Positions 1-9,630 of a stretch of 64,000 nucleotides of DNA are shown piece after piece. Made by a program: the position numbers and the translations under genes. Source of the DNA: Escherichia phage A5-4. Under the pieces are notes generated by a model. The model worked only from the letters and a program-made list of their open reading frames with translations. It was not told where the DNA came from and ran no database searches. The DNA lies in sequence record OP744025. One strand, given 5' to 3'. Position 1 is the first letter of the stretch, and every line of letters begins with the position of its first letter.

Positions 1-214
1 AAACCCACGTATTAAAATGGTCAGAATATACTATACCCTTTACACTATAAGTTTTATTTTCAAACTTAACTGTTGGGTTATTGACCCTCACCACAGTATC
101 ACTTGCAAACTTAGGCATACCGTGCTTTGAAATTGCTTCACGATCAACTTTGTAAACATCCCTCCCAAAGAACTTTTCTAGTGGACAAAGATTATTCTCA
201 AAATCAGTACCCAT
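1..214 (-). CDS. hypothetical protein, 5' portion only (gene runs off window start)
   Basis: minus-strand ATG at 214-212 overlapping stop of upstream gene; frame open to position 1. Confidence 0.35.
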   Translation of the reverse strand, partial: MGTDFENNLCPLEKFFGRDVYKVDREAISKHGMPKFASDTVVRVNNPTVKFENKTYSVKGIVYSDHFNTWV

Positions 215-470
215 AGTCAACATCTCCATTAATTACCGAGGTGCTTTTGTTTGTCTTACCATTTGAAGTCTTGATATGAGTATCTGCATGAGGACAATAC
301 ACCACATTCAGACTCATATCTCCTGGGTTAGCTTTGAGACGATAAATCTTACAACCTGCCTCTTTCATTTCTTGCGGTAAAATGTAATTAGTAGTCTTAT
401 CGACAACGCCCTTTTGATCACAACCGGAAATGAAACATACCATAAAAATCGCAGCAATAATCTTTTTCAT
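204..470 (-). CDS. putative lipoprotein
   Basis: 88 aa; N-terminal signal peptide ending in lipobox-like ISGC. Confidence 0.55.
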   Translation of the reverse strand: MKKIIAAIFMVCFISGCDQKGVVDKTTNYILPQEMKEAGCKIYRLKANPGDMSLNVVYCPHADTHIKTSNGKTNKSTSVINGDVDYGY

Positions 471-817
471 TTTACCTCCATCATAAATACTTTAACTTTT
501 CGTACCTCTAATCTTACTTTATTAGAGCCTTGAAGTCTATTTCTTTTTTCAATTGCGTCATTAATGTCGCCATAGAAGTAGTGATCCTTACCTATTGTTG
601 GTATTCCATTGCCGCCTTGCATAGCCAGTGTATACATTTCTTTTCCACCTTGCAACCCTTTTGATACTTTTTCTTCAAAATATTTATTGAATTGGGTTGG
701 TGAAGTGTCAATTTCTACATCATCTTCCCATCCCATAACTTTATCCCAAAAACGGTCAATCTTGTCAAGAACTTTGTTACTAATCTTTTTAATCTTCTTC
801 AACATAATCTTCCCCAT
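467..817 (-). CDS. hypothetical protein
   Basis: ORF track; 4-nt overlap with downstream gene. Confidence 0.5.
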   Translation of the reverse strand: MGKIMLKKIKKISNKVLDKIDRFWDKVMGWEDDVEIDTSPTQFNKYFEEKVSKGLQGGKEMYTLAMQGGNGIPTIGKDHYFYGDINDAIEKRNRLQGSNKVRLEVRKVKVFMMEVK

Positions 818-1277
818 TATTTATTTGGATACCGAAACGATTTTCGTTAGTGGAAAAGAAACCATTTTCCATGCGGCGAATCTCTTCTTTCATCACTTCC
901 TGCATCGTTAATTTAAGGATTTCTTTGTTTAATTTTGGCTTAACTTCACGGAGCTTGTCAAGAAGTTTTTCCATTTCTTCTTTTACTTTTTCTTCCTCAT
1001 TTTCTACCTCTAATTGGTCCATTGCATCTTTACAAACACAGCAATGGCCCACAACTCTTAAAATATGATTTTGTATAGGTAATGCTTTTCTTCCACAATA
1101 CCCACAAACAATAGACCCACCGGAGGACCGGGCATCTATCGTCAATGTAGGCTTGGCCCCTTCTGCTTGAGAATGCCAAGTCTTTTTACCCTGGTAATCA
1201 TACATAAAGAATTCGTAGGATCTTTCATCAACGTGGTCTTCGAGCATATGTAAAGTTCGTGTATTGAAATGTTTCAT
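789..1277 (-). CDS. hypothetical protein with cysteine cluster
   Basis: 162 aa; CGYCGRK and HCCVCKD motifs, charged C-terminal half; first gene after divergent promoter region. Confidence 0.5.
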   Translation of the reverse strand: MKHFNTRTLHMLEDHVDERSYEFFMYDYQGKKTWHSQAEGAKPTLTIDARSSGGSIVCGYCGRKALPIQNHILRVVGHCCVCKDAMDQLEVENEEEKVKEEMEKLLDKLREVKPKLNKEILKLTMQEVMKEEIRRMENGFFSTNENRFGIQINNGEDYVEED

Positions 1278-1338
1278 TTTTAACTCCTCGTCGTTTGTAT
1301 GTGCTAACTATACGAGAACTTGAGGGGAAGATCAATAC

Positions 1339-1366
1339 TTGATTTGCATTTTATTTTCATTATACT
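1339..1366 (+). promoter_or_regulatory. sigma70-like promoter for HD-domain gene
   Basis: TTGATT, 16-nt spacer, TATACT; in divergent intergenic region. Confidence 0.55.
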
Positions 1367-1397
1367 GTGCACATCTAAAACGAGAAGGAGATGACAA

Positions 1398-1961
1398 ATG
1401 AGTCAAGATAAAGAGTTAGCCATTGCGATATCCGTAGCTGCTTCTGCCCATGTTGACCAAGTAGATAAAGGGGGGAATATCTATATTCTTCATCCTTTGC
1501 AGGTGATGCAAACATTGCAGCAAAAGGGAAGGGAAGATTTAATGGCAGCAGGAGTTTTGCATGATGTGATTGAAGATACTGAAATCACTATGGAACACCT
1601 CTTTAAAAAGGGGATTTCAGAAAGAACCTTAGTGATTGTCGATGCAGTGACAAAGAAACGTAAGCAATCTTCATCTGATTACCTAGAGGGGATTTTAGAG
1701 AGTGAGGGTGCTTGTCATGTTAAGCTTGCGGATCTTAAACACAACTTAGATATTCTGCGAACTTGTAGCACCACAGAAAAAGACTTGCAACGGGTCAGGA
1801 AGTATGTAACAATGCACTTGTTGATTACGGAGATGGTTGATTGGTATGAAAGTATCGGAAGGTATCTCGATTATTGTGATTCTTTTGCCTATTCTAGCTA
1901 TCTCGACGAACGTAAAGAATTTGTTCAGAAACTTATTAAAAAATGGAAGGAGTTTAAATGA
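1398..1961 (+). CDS. HD-domain phosphohydrolase, RelA/SpoT-type (small alarmone hydrolase-like)
   Basis: HPLQVM, LHDVIEDT and KLADLKHNL motifs typical of (p)ppGpp-hydrolase HD domains; promoter and GGAG RBS upstream. Confidence 0.75.
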   Translation: MSQDKELAIAISVAASAHVDQVDKGGNIYILHPLQVMQTLQQKGREDLMAAGVLHDVIEDTEITMEHLFKKGISERTLVIVDAVTKKRKQSSSDYLEGILESEGACHVKLADLKHNLDILRTCSTTEKDLQRVRKYVTMHLLITEMVDWYESIGRYLDYCDSFAYSSYLDERKEFVQKLIKKWKEFK

Positions 1962-2491
1962 AAAAGGTATTGAGTATTGAGCCGTTCACAACAACATACT
2001 TTGACGATTTGGAACGTCATGGTGATTATGGGGTACAAGACGCTGATGGTTGGAAAGAATTCCCTGAAGAAACAAAAGGTGACATTACAAAGCTCGGTTG
2101 TAAGATCAATGGATCTGAACCAAAAGGTGTTTACACCATGTTTTCTTTCCTTGAAGCTATGAACCCAATGTACAAGGGAGATCGGCAATTTGGTTTTTCT
2201 TTTGCATCATTCCTTACTTGTAGCTGTGGTCATGGGGGTTGTGCAGGCTATCATGATAATGTGGTTATTCGACGTAAAAAGAATACCGTGATGGTCATGG
2301 GTAAAAAGGAAGATGGTTATGACGAAGGTGTTGTATTGACAGGTGAATCTGTTGTATACTTCGATAAAAAGCAGTGGGACGGTGTTCTAGAACACTACCT
2401 TAAACTCTTCAAAGAAAATCCTGATGGTGTTTTTGAAGATGCGGGTTTTATGTTTACTGGTCGTTGGGGGACTAAAAATTTTTCAAAATAA
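1958..2491 (+). CDS. hypothetical protein
   Basis: 177 aa; ATGA start/stop overlap with HD gene. Confidence 0.55.
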   Translation: MKKVLSIEPFTTTYFDDLERHGDYGVQDADGWKEFPEETKGDITKLGCKINGSEPKGVYTMFSFLEAMNPMYKGDRQFGFSFASFLTCSCGHGGCAGYHDNVVIRRKKNTVMVMGKKEDGYDEGVVLTGESVVYFDKKQWDGVLEHYLKLFKENPDGVFEDAGFMFTGRWGTKNFSK

Positions 2492-2503
2492 TTTAAAAAC
2501 TTG

Positions 2504-2531
2504 TTGACTTAAGAAATAGAAAAGATATACT
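2504..2531 (+). promoter_or_regulatory. sigma70-like promoter upstream of AAA+ ATPase gene
   Basis: TTGACT, 16-nt spacer, TATACT. Confidence 0.5.
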
Positions 2532-2561
2532 TATCACATCAAAAACAAGAGGAGATATAAA

Positions 2562-3791
2562 ATGCAAGCAACTTATCAACGTATGGACCAAACCATGTTC
2601 AAAAAACGTATCAGTGTTCGTGATATGGAATCACTGATTCGCCTAGGGGCTTCCATCGGAAAGACCGTATTCTTTTTTGGTGGTGCTGGTCTTGGTAAGT
2701 CTGAAAAAGTAAAACAGATCGCTGATTCCATGTTCCCACATCGTGTAGGTAATAACCTTTGTGATGTTCGTCTGTCGGATAAAGAGCCACAAGATATCGC
2801 AGGTATTCCGATTCCGATCTCTTATCCAGATCCGAAAACTGGTAAAGAAGTCACTCGTACCGTATATGCAGTTCCAAACTTTTGGCCTACTGATCCTGAT
2901 TGGGAAGGTATCGTGTTCTTGGATGAACTGCCAAATGCACCATTGGGCACTCAGCACTCTGCATATCAGGTTATTCTTGATCACGTTGCAGGTGAGCATA
3001 AGTTCCCGAAAGGTACTGTGTTTGTAGGTGCAGGTAACCGTGATACTGATGGAGCAGGGACTACTTCTATGCCTGGCCCATTGGTTAACCGTATGATCAT
3101 TGCAGAAGTTGATTATAATCTGGATGTGTGGATCGAAGACTATGCGATTCCGTTCCGTCTGCACCCGAACATTATTGGTTTCTTGAAGCAGTTTCCAGAG
3201 CATTTCTATACTGGTGACGTAGAAAACCGAAGTACTCCGGTTTATTCATCTCCTCGTCAATGGAAAACAGCATCTGACATTCTGTACAAGTATGATGCGG
3301 GTGAGATTAATGAATTTATCGCAGAGGTTGCTCTTGCAGGTACAGTTGGTGAAGGCCTGGAAGTACAGATCCTTGCTTATCATTTACGTGCTAAAGAACT
3401 TCCTCCGATTGAAGATATCTTTAGTGGTGCAGTTGAAGAACATAAACTTGATCGCAGTAAGAACGACCTTGTTTACGTCCTGGCACAAACTGGCCTTCGT
3501 CGCATGGAAGATGAGGTTATGGATAATGACATGACGGATGATAAGTTCCTTGAACGTGCAGGTAACTTCCTTACGTTCATGTACAATAACTATTATGCAA
3601 ACAACAAGGATACAATGATTGCTTTGATCTTGGGCGTGTTCCGTGGTCCAAACGATAAGCCATCTATCCTGACTGTTAACCCGAAACGTCAGAAAATGAT
3701 TCCGCTCATGCGTAAAAGTTGCCCGACTGTTTCTGCCGCAGTTATGGAATACATGACTCGCTATGGTCAACTGATTAAAGAATTCGAATAA
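2562..3791 (+). CDS. MoxR-type AAA+ ATPase (CobS-like)
   Basis: Walker A GGAGLGKS, Walker B VFLDELPNA; 409 aa; paired with VWA protein downstream. Confidence 0.8.
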   Translation: MQATYQRMDQTMFKKRISVRDMESLIRLGASIGKTVFFFGGAGLGKSEKVKQIADSMFPHRVGNNLCDVRLSDKEPQDIAGIPIPISYPDPKTGKEVTRTVYAVPNFWPTDPDWEGIVFLDELPNAPLGTQHSAYQVILDHVAGEHKFPKGTVFVGAGNRDTDGAGTTSMPGPLVNRMIIAEVDYNLDVWIEDYAIPFRLHPNIIGFLKQFPEHFYTGDVENRSTPVYSSPRQWKTASDILYKYDAGEINEFIAEVALAGTVGEGLEVQILAYHLRAKELPPIEDIFSGAVEEHKLDRSKNDLVYVLAQTGLRRMEDEVMDNDMTDDKFLERAGNFLTFMYNNYYANNKDTMIALILGVFRGPNDKPSILTVNPKRQKMIPLMRKSCPTVSAAVMEYMTRYGQLIKEFE

Positions 3792-3795
3792 TCTC

Positions 3796-3824
3796 TTGAC
3801 AACGAAAAACAGTTAACTTAATAT
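3796..3824 (+). promoter_or_regulatory. sigma70-like promoter upstream of HNH gene
   Basis: TTGACA, 17-nt spacer, TAATAT. Confidence 0.55.
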
Positions 3825-3827
3825 AAG

Positions 3828-3854
3828 GGCATCTCGAAAGAGGTGTCCTTTTTT
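3828..3854 (+). terminator. terminator-like hairpin with T6 between promoter and HNH start (possible attenuator)
   Basis: GGGCATCTC-GAAA-GAGGTGTCC stem-loop followed by TTTTTT. Confidence 0.45.
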
Positions 3855-3866
3855 AATTTGGAGAAA

Positions 3867-4361
3867 ATGATGGATTTCATAAAAGAAGGATTTTCTTTCG
3901 ACCCCCTTGCAAAGTTTCTACTAAGGAGAAATGGAAGAGAAGTAGGGAATGTAGTAAAGAATCATAAAGGTTATGATAAAGACTATGTACGTGTAACATG
4001 GTCAAGGGAAAGGAAAAGAAAATCTGCGTATGCTCACAGGATCATTTGGGAATTGCATTATGGCAAGATACCTGATGGTTATTGTATAGACCACATAAAT
4101 GGAGATGGTTTGGATAACAGGATTGAAAACTTAAGATTGGCAACTAAGAGTCAGAATGGTCAAAACAGGAAAAACAACAAGAATAAAAAGGATGGTCTTC
4201 CTAAAGGTGTAGTTATGAATCATGGAAAATACACAGGAAGGGTCTATGTAAATGGAAAAAGGTTACAGAAAATTAGTTCCGACCTTGACGAAATAGTCAA
4301 TTGGTTGGAGAATAAACGTAAAGAAAATCACGGTGTGTTCATGAACAATGGAGAACAATAA
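3867..4361 (+). CDS. HNH homing endonuclease
   Basis: H-x-IDHINGDGLDNRIENLRLAT-x-N HNH signature; sits between the AAA+ and VWA genes; track ORF starts at GTG 3843 inside a hairpin, ATG 3867 with GGAG RBS preferred. Confidence 0.8.
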   Translation: MMDFIKEGFSFDPLAKFLLRRNGREVGNVVKNHKGYDKDYVRVTWSRERKRKSAYAHRIIWELHYGKIPDGYCIDHINGDGLDNRIENLRLATKSQNGQNRKNNKNKKDGLPKGVVMNHGKYTGRVYVNGKRLQKISSDLDEIVNWLENKRKENHGVFMNNGEQ

Positions 4362-5899
4362 TGTCAAAAATTAGTCAAGAAGAAAAAGATATGATCGAAA
4401 TGCAAGTCTTCGAAGCTGAACGTATTATTGAAGCTGCAAGTCTTCAACTTATGCGCTTCAAAGCGTTCTACGGGGTGATGCTTTCGTCTATGCCTGTTAA
4501 AAAGGCGACGGAATGGTGTAGTACAATGGCGACTGATGGACGTAACCTGTATTACCATCCAGAGTTCGTTGCAGGTATGACAGAAGAACGTAAAAAATTG
4601 GTACTTGATCGACTTTCCAAATCTGAGAAAGATCCTAAAAAGCTGAAAGAGGGTATTGAGTTTATCAATGTCTTCTATCGTCGAAAGACTGCTCGTGAGC
4701 TTGCTCTTATTCTTGAGCATGAATGTGATCATGTGATCTCTGATCATGCTTCTCGTGGCAAGGGGTTTAATCACGAACTTTATAATATTGCTGCGGATCA
4801 TCGTATCAATACAACGGCGGTTCTTATTCACCAAAAGGGGGATGAGTTAGGTAAGGCATGGTTCCCTGCCGGAGAAAGAACAGTATTCGATAAGAATGCA
4901 GAATTTGGATTTATGGCCTGGTCTTACTGTGATTTCCGATTCAAAGATATGTATACTGAGCAGATCTATGAAATCCTGAATAAAGAGCAAGATGATAAAG
5001 AAAAATCCAAAGGGAAAGGTTCTGGTTCTGGAAGTGAAGAGGGTGATGGTGAAGAAGGTGGTCAAGGTCGTAAAGGTGTTGATCAGCACATGGATCAGAA
5101 TGGTGATCCAGAAGATTCAGAAGGTGATGGTATCGAAGATGCACTAGGAATCGACCGTAAAGCGAAGCCTAAGCAAACAGCAGAGGAACGCCAGTATAAC
5201 GATGGGGTTATGCGTCGAGCCATTGAGAATGCCGTACAGGCAGCAGGAAGCGGTGCACCGGAAGATGCTCGTCGTTTTGTAGAAGCGGCGGGTAAACCAA
5301 AGATTAATTATCTTCGTTTGTTGCGTAAAACTATTGAACGTCTGTTCAAAGATGATGTATCATATCGTCGTTTGTCACGCCGTAGTCACTCGTTAACTCG
5401 GACTCTTCGTGGCTCGGGTTACTTATCTGGACGACAGACGATTGGTTTACCCTCAAAGAATAAACAGAAGACTATTCGTGCAGGTGTCTTCTTCGACGTA
5501 TCTGGATCATTTAACGATGATCTGTTAAGACCAACAATGCGTGAGATTCGTGGATTGTGTAATCTTTACGATGAGTTTGAAGTTACAATGGCTTGCTGGT
5601 CAACAAAGGTTGGTAACATTGAAACGTATACGAAGAAGAATGTGAATGAGATTGCTAACTACAAGATCAAGACCACATTTGGTACGGATGTTTCTTGTGT
5701 GTTCGAGGCATTAGATGAAATGAAAGACCCTATGGATCAGATCATCATCTACACTGACGGTTACTTTGCTGATGTATCCCAAAAGAAAGATTGGGCCAAA
5801 AAGTATGGTAAGAATGTTCTTTGGATCATCCTGGGTCGTGGGTCTTCGTTCACCCCGCCTTTTGGCAAGGCAATTGATTTTGACAAGTATCTTAAATAA
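4361..5899 (+). CDS. VWA-domain protein with HExxH motif and acidic linker (CobT-like)
   Basis: ILEHECDH zinc-binding-like motif, Gly/Glu/Asp-rich central stretch, C-terminal MIDAS-like FFDVSGSF; TAATG stop/start overlap with HNH gene. Confidence 0.75.
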   Translation: MSKISQEEKDMIEMQVFEAERIIEAASLQLMRFKAFYGVMLSSMPVKKATEWCSTMATDGRNLYYHPEFVAGMTEERKKLVLDRLSKSEKDPKKLKEGIEFINVFYRRKTARELALILEHECDHVISDHASRGKGFNHELYNIAADHRINTTAVLIHQKGDELGKAWFPAGERTVFDKNAEFGFMAWSYCDFRFKDMYTEQIYEILNKEQDDKEKSKGKGSGSGSEEGDGEEGGQGRKGVDQHMDQNGDPEDSEGDGIEDALGIDRKAKPKQTAEERQYNDGVMRRAIENAVQAAGSGAPEDARRFVEAAGKPKINYLRLLRKTIERLFKDDVSYRRLSRRSHSLTRTLRGSGYLSGRQTIGLPSKNKQKTIRAGVFFDVSGSFNDDLLRPTMREIRGLCNLYDEFEVTMACWSTKVGNIETYTKKNVNEIANYKIKTTFGTDVSCVFEALDEMKDPMDQIIIYTDGYFADVSQKKDWAKKYGKNVLWIILGRGSSFTPPFGKAIDFDKYLK

Positions 5900-5908
5900 G
5901 GAGGATCT

Positions 5909-6280
5909 TTGAGCGAGTATACTTACAAGTTGTCAGTCGGTAGGCGTGGAGTGGTTATGACTATCAACATGATTAATGAAAGTGCGGAGGCTGTGAAATG
6001 GTGGGCCTCCACCTTTAACGGGAAAGGTTTTACTTTATCTCGTCATAAGGTTGGATCAGGAAAGCCAATAGATCTTGTCAAGGAGGACACTTTCTTGTAT
6101 CCTGATCGTATTGCTGATGAAGATATTGATTTCCTATCTGCTACGGTTGGTAGTTTGTTGGATGAGGAGCCAGACATTGTAAGGTTACTCTCTTTACTTA
6201 CAGCAATGTGGTCAGCAGGTCATGATGAGGAAAGTATGCATACGATGGTAAGGAATACGTTGAGACGTTGGTCTAAGTAA
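5909..6280 (+). CDS. hypothetical protein
   Basis: 123 aa; TTG start 4 nt after AAGGAGGA; start uncertain. Confidence 0.45.
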   Translation: MSEYTYKLSVGRRGVVMTINMINESAEAVKWWASTFNGKGFTLSRHKVGSGKPIDLVKEDTFLYPDRIADEDIDFLSATVGSLLDEEPDIVRLLSLLTAMWSAGHDEESMHTMVRNTLRRWSK

Positions 6281-6439
6281 CAACATTTCCTTTATGCCCA
6301 TTTAGGCATACAATACTATATTAGATGATAAACCCCTCAACCTGCTCGGTTGCTTCGACGGGGTTTATATATCTATTAAAAAATTAACCACACTCACATT
6401 CGTTCGGTACTTAATTTTTTAAGTCACCACAAAATTGTG

Positions 6440-6468
6440 TTGACACCACAATGAAACAGATGTAGAGT
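6440..6468 (+). promoter_or_regulatory. sigma70-like promoter
   Basis: TTGACA, 17 nt, TAGAGT. Confidence 0.45.
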
Positions 6469-6600
6469 TAACAAGAGAAGGAAAGTCAATTGGATAAGTT
6501 TTACATATACTGTCTAACATTGGGATTGATCTTCATGATTGTTGGATCAGTGGGTAAAGTTTTACTCAATAGTTTTGGAATTTATTAAGAGGAGATCGTA

Positions 6601-6843
6601 ATGAGAGTACGTCAACATCGTGGTACATTGATCGAAAGTTTGAAAACTGTTAAACAGATTGAAGGTACAAAACAAGCTCTTGTGGATCATATCAACAAAG
6701 AGTTAGGTAAACCGTTTAACTTCTCTGTTGATTCGATCAGTATTGTGGAAAAAGGAGTTGATGAGCGTATCAACTGGAACAACCATCTGATCCTGATTGA
6801 TGGATTTGGTGTATTTGGTTATTGTGATCAACATCCTGTTTAA
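6601..6843 (+). CDS. hypothetical protein
   Basis: 80 aa; AAGAGGAG RBS; promoter near 6440-6468. Confidence 0.55.
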   Translation: MRVRQHRGTLIESLKTVKQIEGTKQALVDHINKELGKPFNFSVDSISIVEKGVDERINWNNHLILIDGFGVFGYCDQHPV

Positions 6844-6852
6844 GAGGTGGTT

Positions 6853-6954
6853 ATGGGTATTAAATGGTGGTTGTTTGTAGTTCCTGCAAATGATAATGCA
6901 GGTGGTGATGGTAAACGTGCAGTCGCACAAACCTATGTCTATGGTCGTCATTAA
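6853..6954 (+). CDS. small hypothetical protein (33 aa)
   Basis: not in >=60 aa track; AAGAGGTGG RBS just upstream of ATG. Confidence 0.3.
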   Translation: MGIKWWLFVVPANDNAGGDGKRAVAQTYVYGRH

Positions 6955-6963
6955 GGGGTTATT

Positions 6964-7371
6964 ATGGATGCTTTTTTGAGTATGGTGTTTGCACTAACAG
7001 TGGTTGATTGGGTATTTATCGGTATCTATTTACTGTGTATTCCTTTTGTGATCTGGTTTTACATTGACCTTTTGGCAGGTACTGGCAAGGTAAGTGGGAT
7101 GGATTACTTCATGTTTATTGTTGTGATCCTGATGGGACCTTTAGCTTTGTTGTCTTTCCTTATTGCAAACATTGTGGTAAGAGGGGGCGCTATCAAACAA
7201 GCCATTCTTTTAAAGGTGAGTGGAACTGATATCGGTAAGAAGATCATTGTCTGGAACATTACACGTAAGCTTAAGAAGACTGATACCAAATGGGTTAATC
7301 CTTTAGAGCGAGCCGTTCAGAAACGTCACAAAGTCTTAATAGGGAGAAAACATGGGAAATGCAATCCGTAA
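6964..7371 (+). CDS. membrane protein
   Basis: 135 aa with hydrophobic helices (VFALTVVDWVFIGIYLL, FMFIVVILMGPLALLSFLIANIVV). Confidence 0.55.
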   Translation: MDAFLSMVFALTVVDWVFIGIYLLCIPFVIWFYIDLLAGTGKVSGMDYFMFIVVILMGPLALLSFLIANIVVRGGAIKQAILLKVSGTDIGKKIIVWNITRKLKKTDTKWVNPLERAVQKRHKVLIGRKHGKCNP

Positions 7372-7516
7372 AATCAAGTGGAAGTTTTGGGAATACGCGC
7401 TGGTTGTTGCTGGATATCTTTTCGGATACGGTCATGAAGTGTACTATGGTGTGAAGCATAATCGAAACATGGCGTACTTCGCGTGGAAGTTTCCAGAGCG
7501 TAAGGAAAAGAAATGA
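7352..7516 (+). CDS. small hypothetical protein (54 aa)
   Basis: GGGAGAA RBS; ATGA overlap with next gene; not in track. Confidence 0.35.
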   Translation: MGNAIRKIKWKFWEYALVVAGYLFGYGHEVYYGVKHNRNMAYFAWKFPERKEKK

Positions 7517-8034
7517 AAGTCACAGAAAGCTTAGTTAAAAAGCTTCGAATAGAAGAACTCCAGGAAGAAAGGCTCGATCCTATCGAGGTTATCATTGAGA
7601 ACTACGAGAATGGTAGAGGTAAGCTTATAGTCACCTCAAGTGGTAAGTCTTGGGTAGGCCAATGGAATGCAATGGGAGGTAGTGTAGAGTCCTTCATCCA
7701 ACGGGTAGATAATGACTACCTTATCGGATGTATGGGGCGAGCGCCTAAATTCATTGAAGACAAGGATGAAGATCCTGTCTTCATTAAGAAGATGATCTTG
7801 AAGCAACGCCGGACCGATTCAATAACTAAAGGGCAGGCGAGATGGGCTTGGGATTATACGGAGACGTTTGCCCCTGACCGTGATCACATCCTTCATGGGG
7901 TTCCTTTTGCGCTTCAACCCCTGAGGGAGTTAGAAGAACCTTGGTATCTGGACTGGCCCACAAAAATCAATACGGATTATGTACACCAAAGTAAGATCCT
8001 GGATGTTGTTCGTAAAGTCATAAAGCCAAATTAA
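7513..8034 (+). CDS. hypothetical protein
   Basis: ORF track, 173 aa. Confidence 0.55.
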   Translation: MKVTESLVKKLRIEELQEERLDPIEVIIENYENGRGKLIVTSSGKSWVGQWNAMGGSVESFIQRVDNDYLIGCMGRAPKFIEDKDEDPVFIKKMILKQRRTDSITKGQARWAWDYTETFAPDRDHILHGVPFALQPLRELEEPWYLDWPTKINTDYVHQSKILDVVRKVIKPN

Positions 8035-8108
8035 TCACAAAAAGGGGTTGACGGGAGTCGCCCCTTAAGTTAGACTTCAGTTATCGAAACAAAGAGGGGA
8101 AACACATA

Positions 8109-8324
8109 ATGACTAAGATTGTAACTTACGTGTTCGAAGGTGATTCTGTACCCAGTGAATTTTTTGAAGATGTTTACAGCAATGATCGTGGAGTGGAACC
8201 TTTAAAGGTTTTACTTGTTGATGTTACCAACTACGGTGATGATATCGAAGTCACAGTGCAAGGAACAACCCGAGAAGTCATTGATGAACGTATGAAGTAT
8301 TGGACACTGTTGCTGAAAAAATAA
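8109..8324 (+). CDS. hypothetical protein
   Basis: ORF track; GAGGGGAAA RBS. Confidence 0.5.
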   Translation: MTKIVTYVFEGDSVPSEFFEDVYSNDRGVEPLKVLLVDVTNYGDDIEVTVQGTTREVIDERMKYWTLLLKK

Positions 8325-8356
8325 AAAAGTTATTTTAAATTACATAGGAGAAAGAA

Positions 8357-8980
8357 ATGGCTATCTATGCAAAACTGAAAGAAAGTAAGAAAAGTTATTT
8401 TATTTCAATGGACCCATCTAACCGACGTATGATTGAAAATCATGGTGATCGATTCATTGTTCGACCTTCTGAGAATAACGATTCTTACTTACGTCCGGTG
8501 GGTCCACGTATTGAGGGTCAGTTCTTAACATCCCGAGATATCGAAGAGTATTTCACATTCTTCCCTAAATGGTCAGCAGAGTCAGCAGAATACATCGTTA
8601 ACCTAGCGGTTCCACGGGGTCAAGTGGCTATCGACAATCAGTATCTGTTAGGGGATGGAAGTGTTAGTGATTACAAAATTAAAACAAGTCATCCGAATAT
8701 GTGGCGACTGTATAACTCTGATAACCCTGACGATTACGTTATGCTCAACCAAAGTAATTTAGAGAAATACTTCACTTTACAGGAAGATAGCTTAAAGAAA
8801 GCATTGGCTAAGTTTGATAATTACACTCCTGCACCTGTAGAAAAAGAACAGGAAGTTGTAGATACGTATGTTTTTGAAGTGAACATTAAGCGCACAGTCA
8901 GAGTTAAGGATGCGGAAGTCACAGAGGACAATCTGGATCAATTCATTGCACAGCTTACTAAACTGGTTAAAGGAGAATAA
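8357..8980 (+). CDS. hypothetical protein
   Basis: ORF track, 207 aa; AGGAGAAAGAA RBS. Confidence 0.6.
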   Translation: MAIYAKLKESKKSYFISMDPSNRRMIENHGDRFIVRPSENNDSYLRPVGPRIEGQFLTSRDIEEYFTFFPKWSAESAEYIVNLAVPRGQVAIDNQYLLGDGSVSDYKIKTSHPNMWRLYNSDNPDDYVMLNQSNLEKYFTLQEDSLKKALAKFDNYTPAPVEKEQEVVDTYVFEVNIKRTVRVKDAEVTEDNLDQFIAQLTKLVKGE

Positions 8981-8983
8981 AAG

Positions 8984-9298
8984 ATGATTATCGATGAAAG
9001 AACGCAAGTAGTTATTGACAAGACTTTCAGTGTACGTAAAAGTATCATTGCAGACATTAGTCTTGAGCGTATCACCGAGGAGGGTATTGATACTTCTGTA
9101 AACTATCCCTTGGTGGAAGAAGACTTCCTACGTAAAATTATGAAGCAGGGTTTTACCGACTACGTTCGGGTAGAAACGAACAAAGACATGTGGTTAGTTT
9201 TTACATTAACTGCGGACACTGATCACGAACAAGAATTCAATGTGGCATTGGCCTGGATTCTTAAATACTGTGATGACAATGATCTGGAGGTGATGTAA
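8984..9298 (+). CDS. hypothetical protein
   Basis: ORF track; tight spacing after previous gene. Confidence 0.55.
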   Translation: MIIDERTQVVIDKTFSVRKSIIADISLERITEEGIDTSVNYPLVEEDFLRKIMKQGFTDYVRVETNKDMWLVFTLTADTDHEQEFNVALAWILKYCDDNDLEVM

Positions 9299-9525
9299 TG
9301 CACAAGCTTCCAAAGAACTTTCGATTCTATCGTGATCTGAAATTAAAGTCTGTACTGTTTGTCGAGAATTTAGAGTTAGAGGAGTTTTATGGTTTTGAAT
9401 GGTACAAAGGGGATATGGGAGAGATGAACTTAGAGAATGTTCTCAAATTTTGGGGAAATGATGATGGGGAAGGATACAGCCCCACACCAAAACACAAGCT
9501 TTCCCTTGTTGAGATTAGACAGTAA
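9298..9525 (+). CDS. hypothetical protein
   Basis: ORF track; start overlaps previous stop. Confidence 0.5.
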   Translation: MHKLPKNFRFYRDLKLKSVLFVENLELEEFYGFEWYKGDMGEMNLENVLKFWGNDDGEGYSPTPKHKLSLVEIRQ

Positions 9526-9630
9526 CAAAAGAAGGGGCCTAAACAGGCCCCTGTAAACATAAACAAGCACAAGACGATAAATAACCTTACCAAAGATAAA
9601 AGGTCCTCACAAACGCATACAGGAGCTTAC

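Noticed and set aside
2643-3770. Minus-strand and alternative-frame track ORFs inside the AAA+ ATPase gene (2643-3203, 2761-3027, 3292-3534, 3384-3770)
   Set aside because: Embedded within a well-supported gene with conserved motifs; no RBS; typical shadow ORFs
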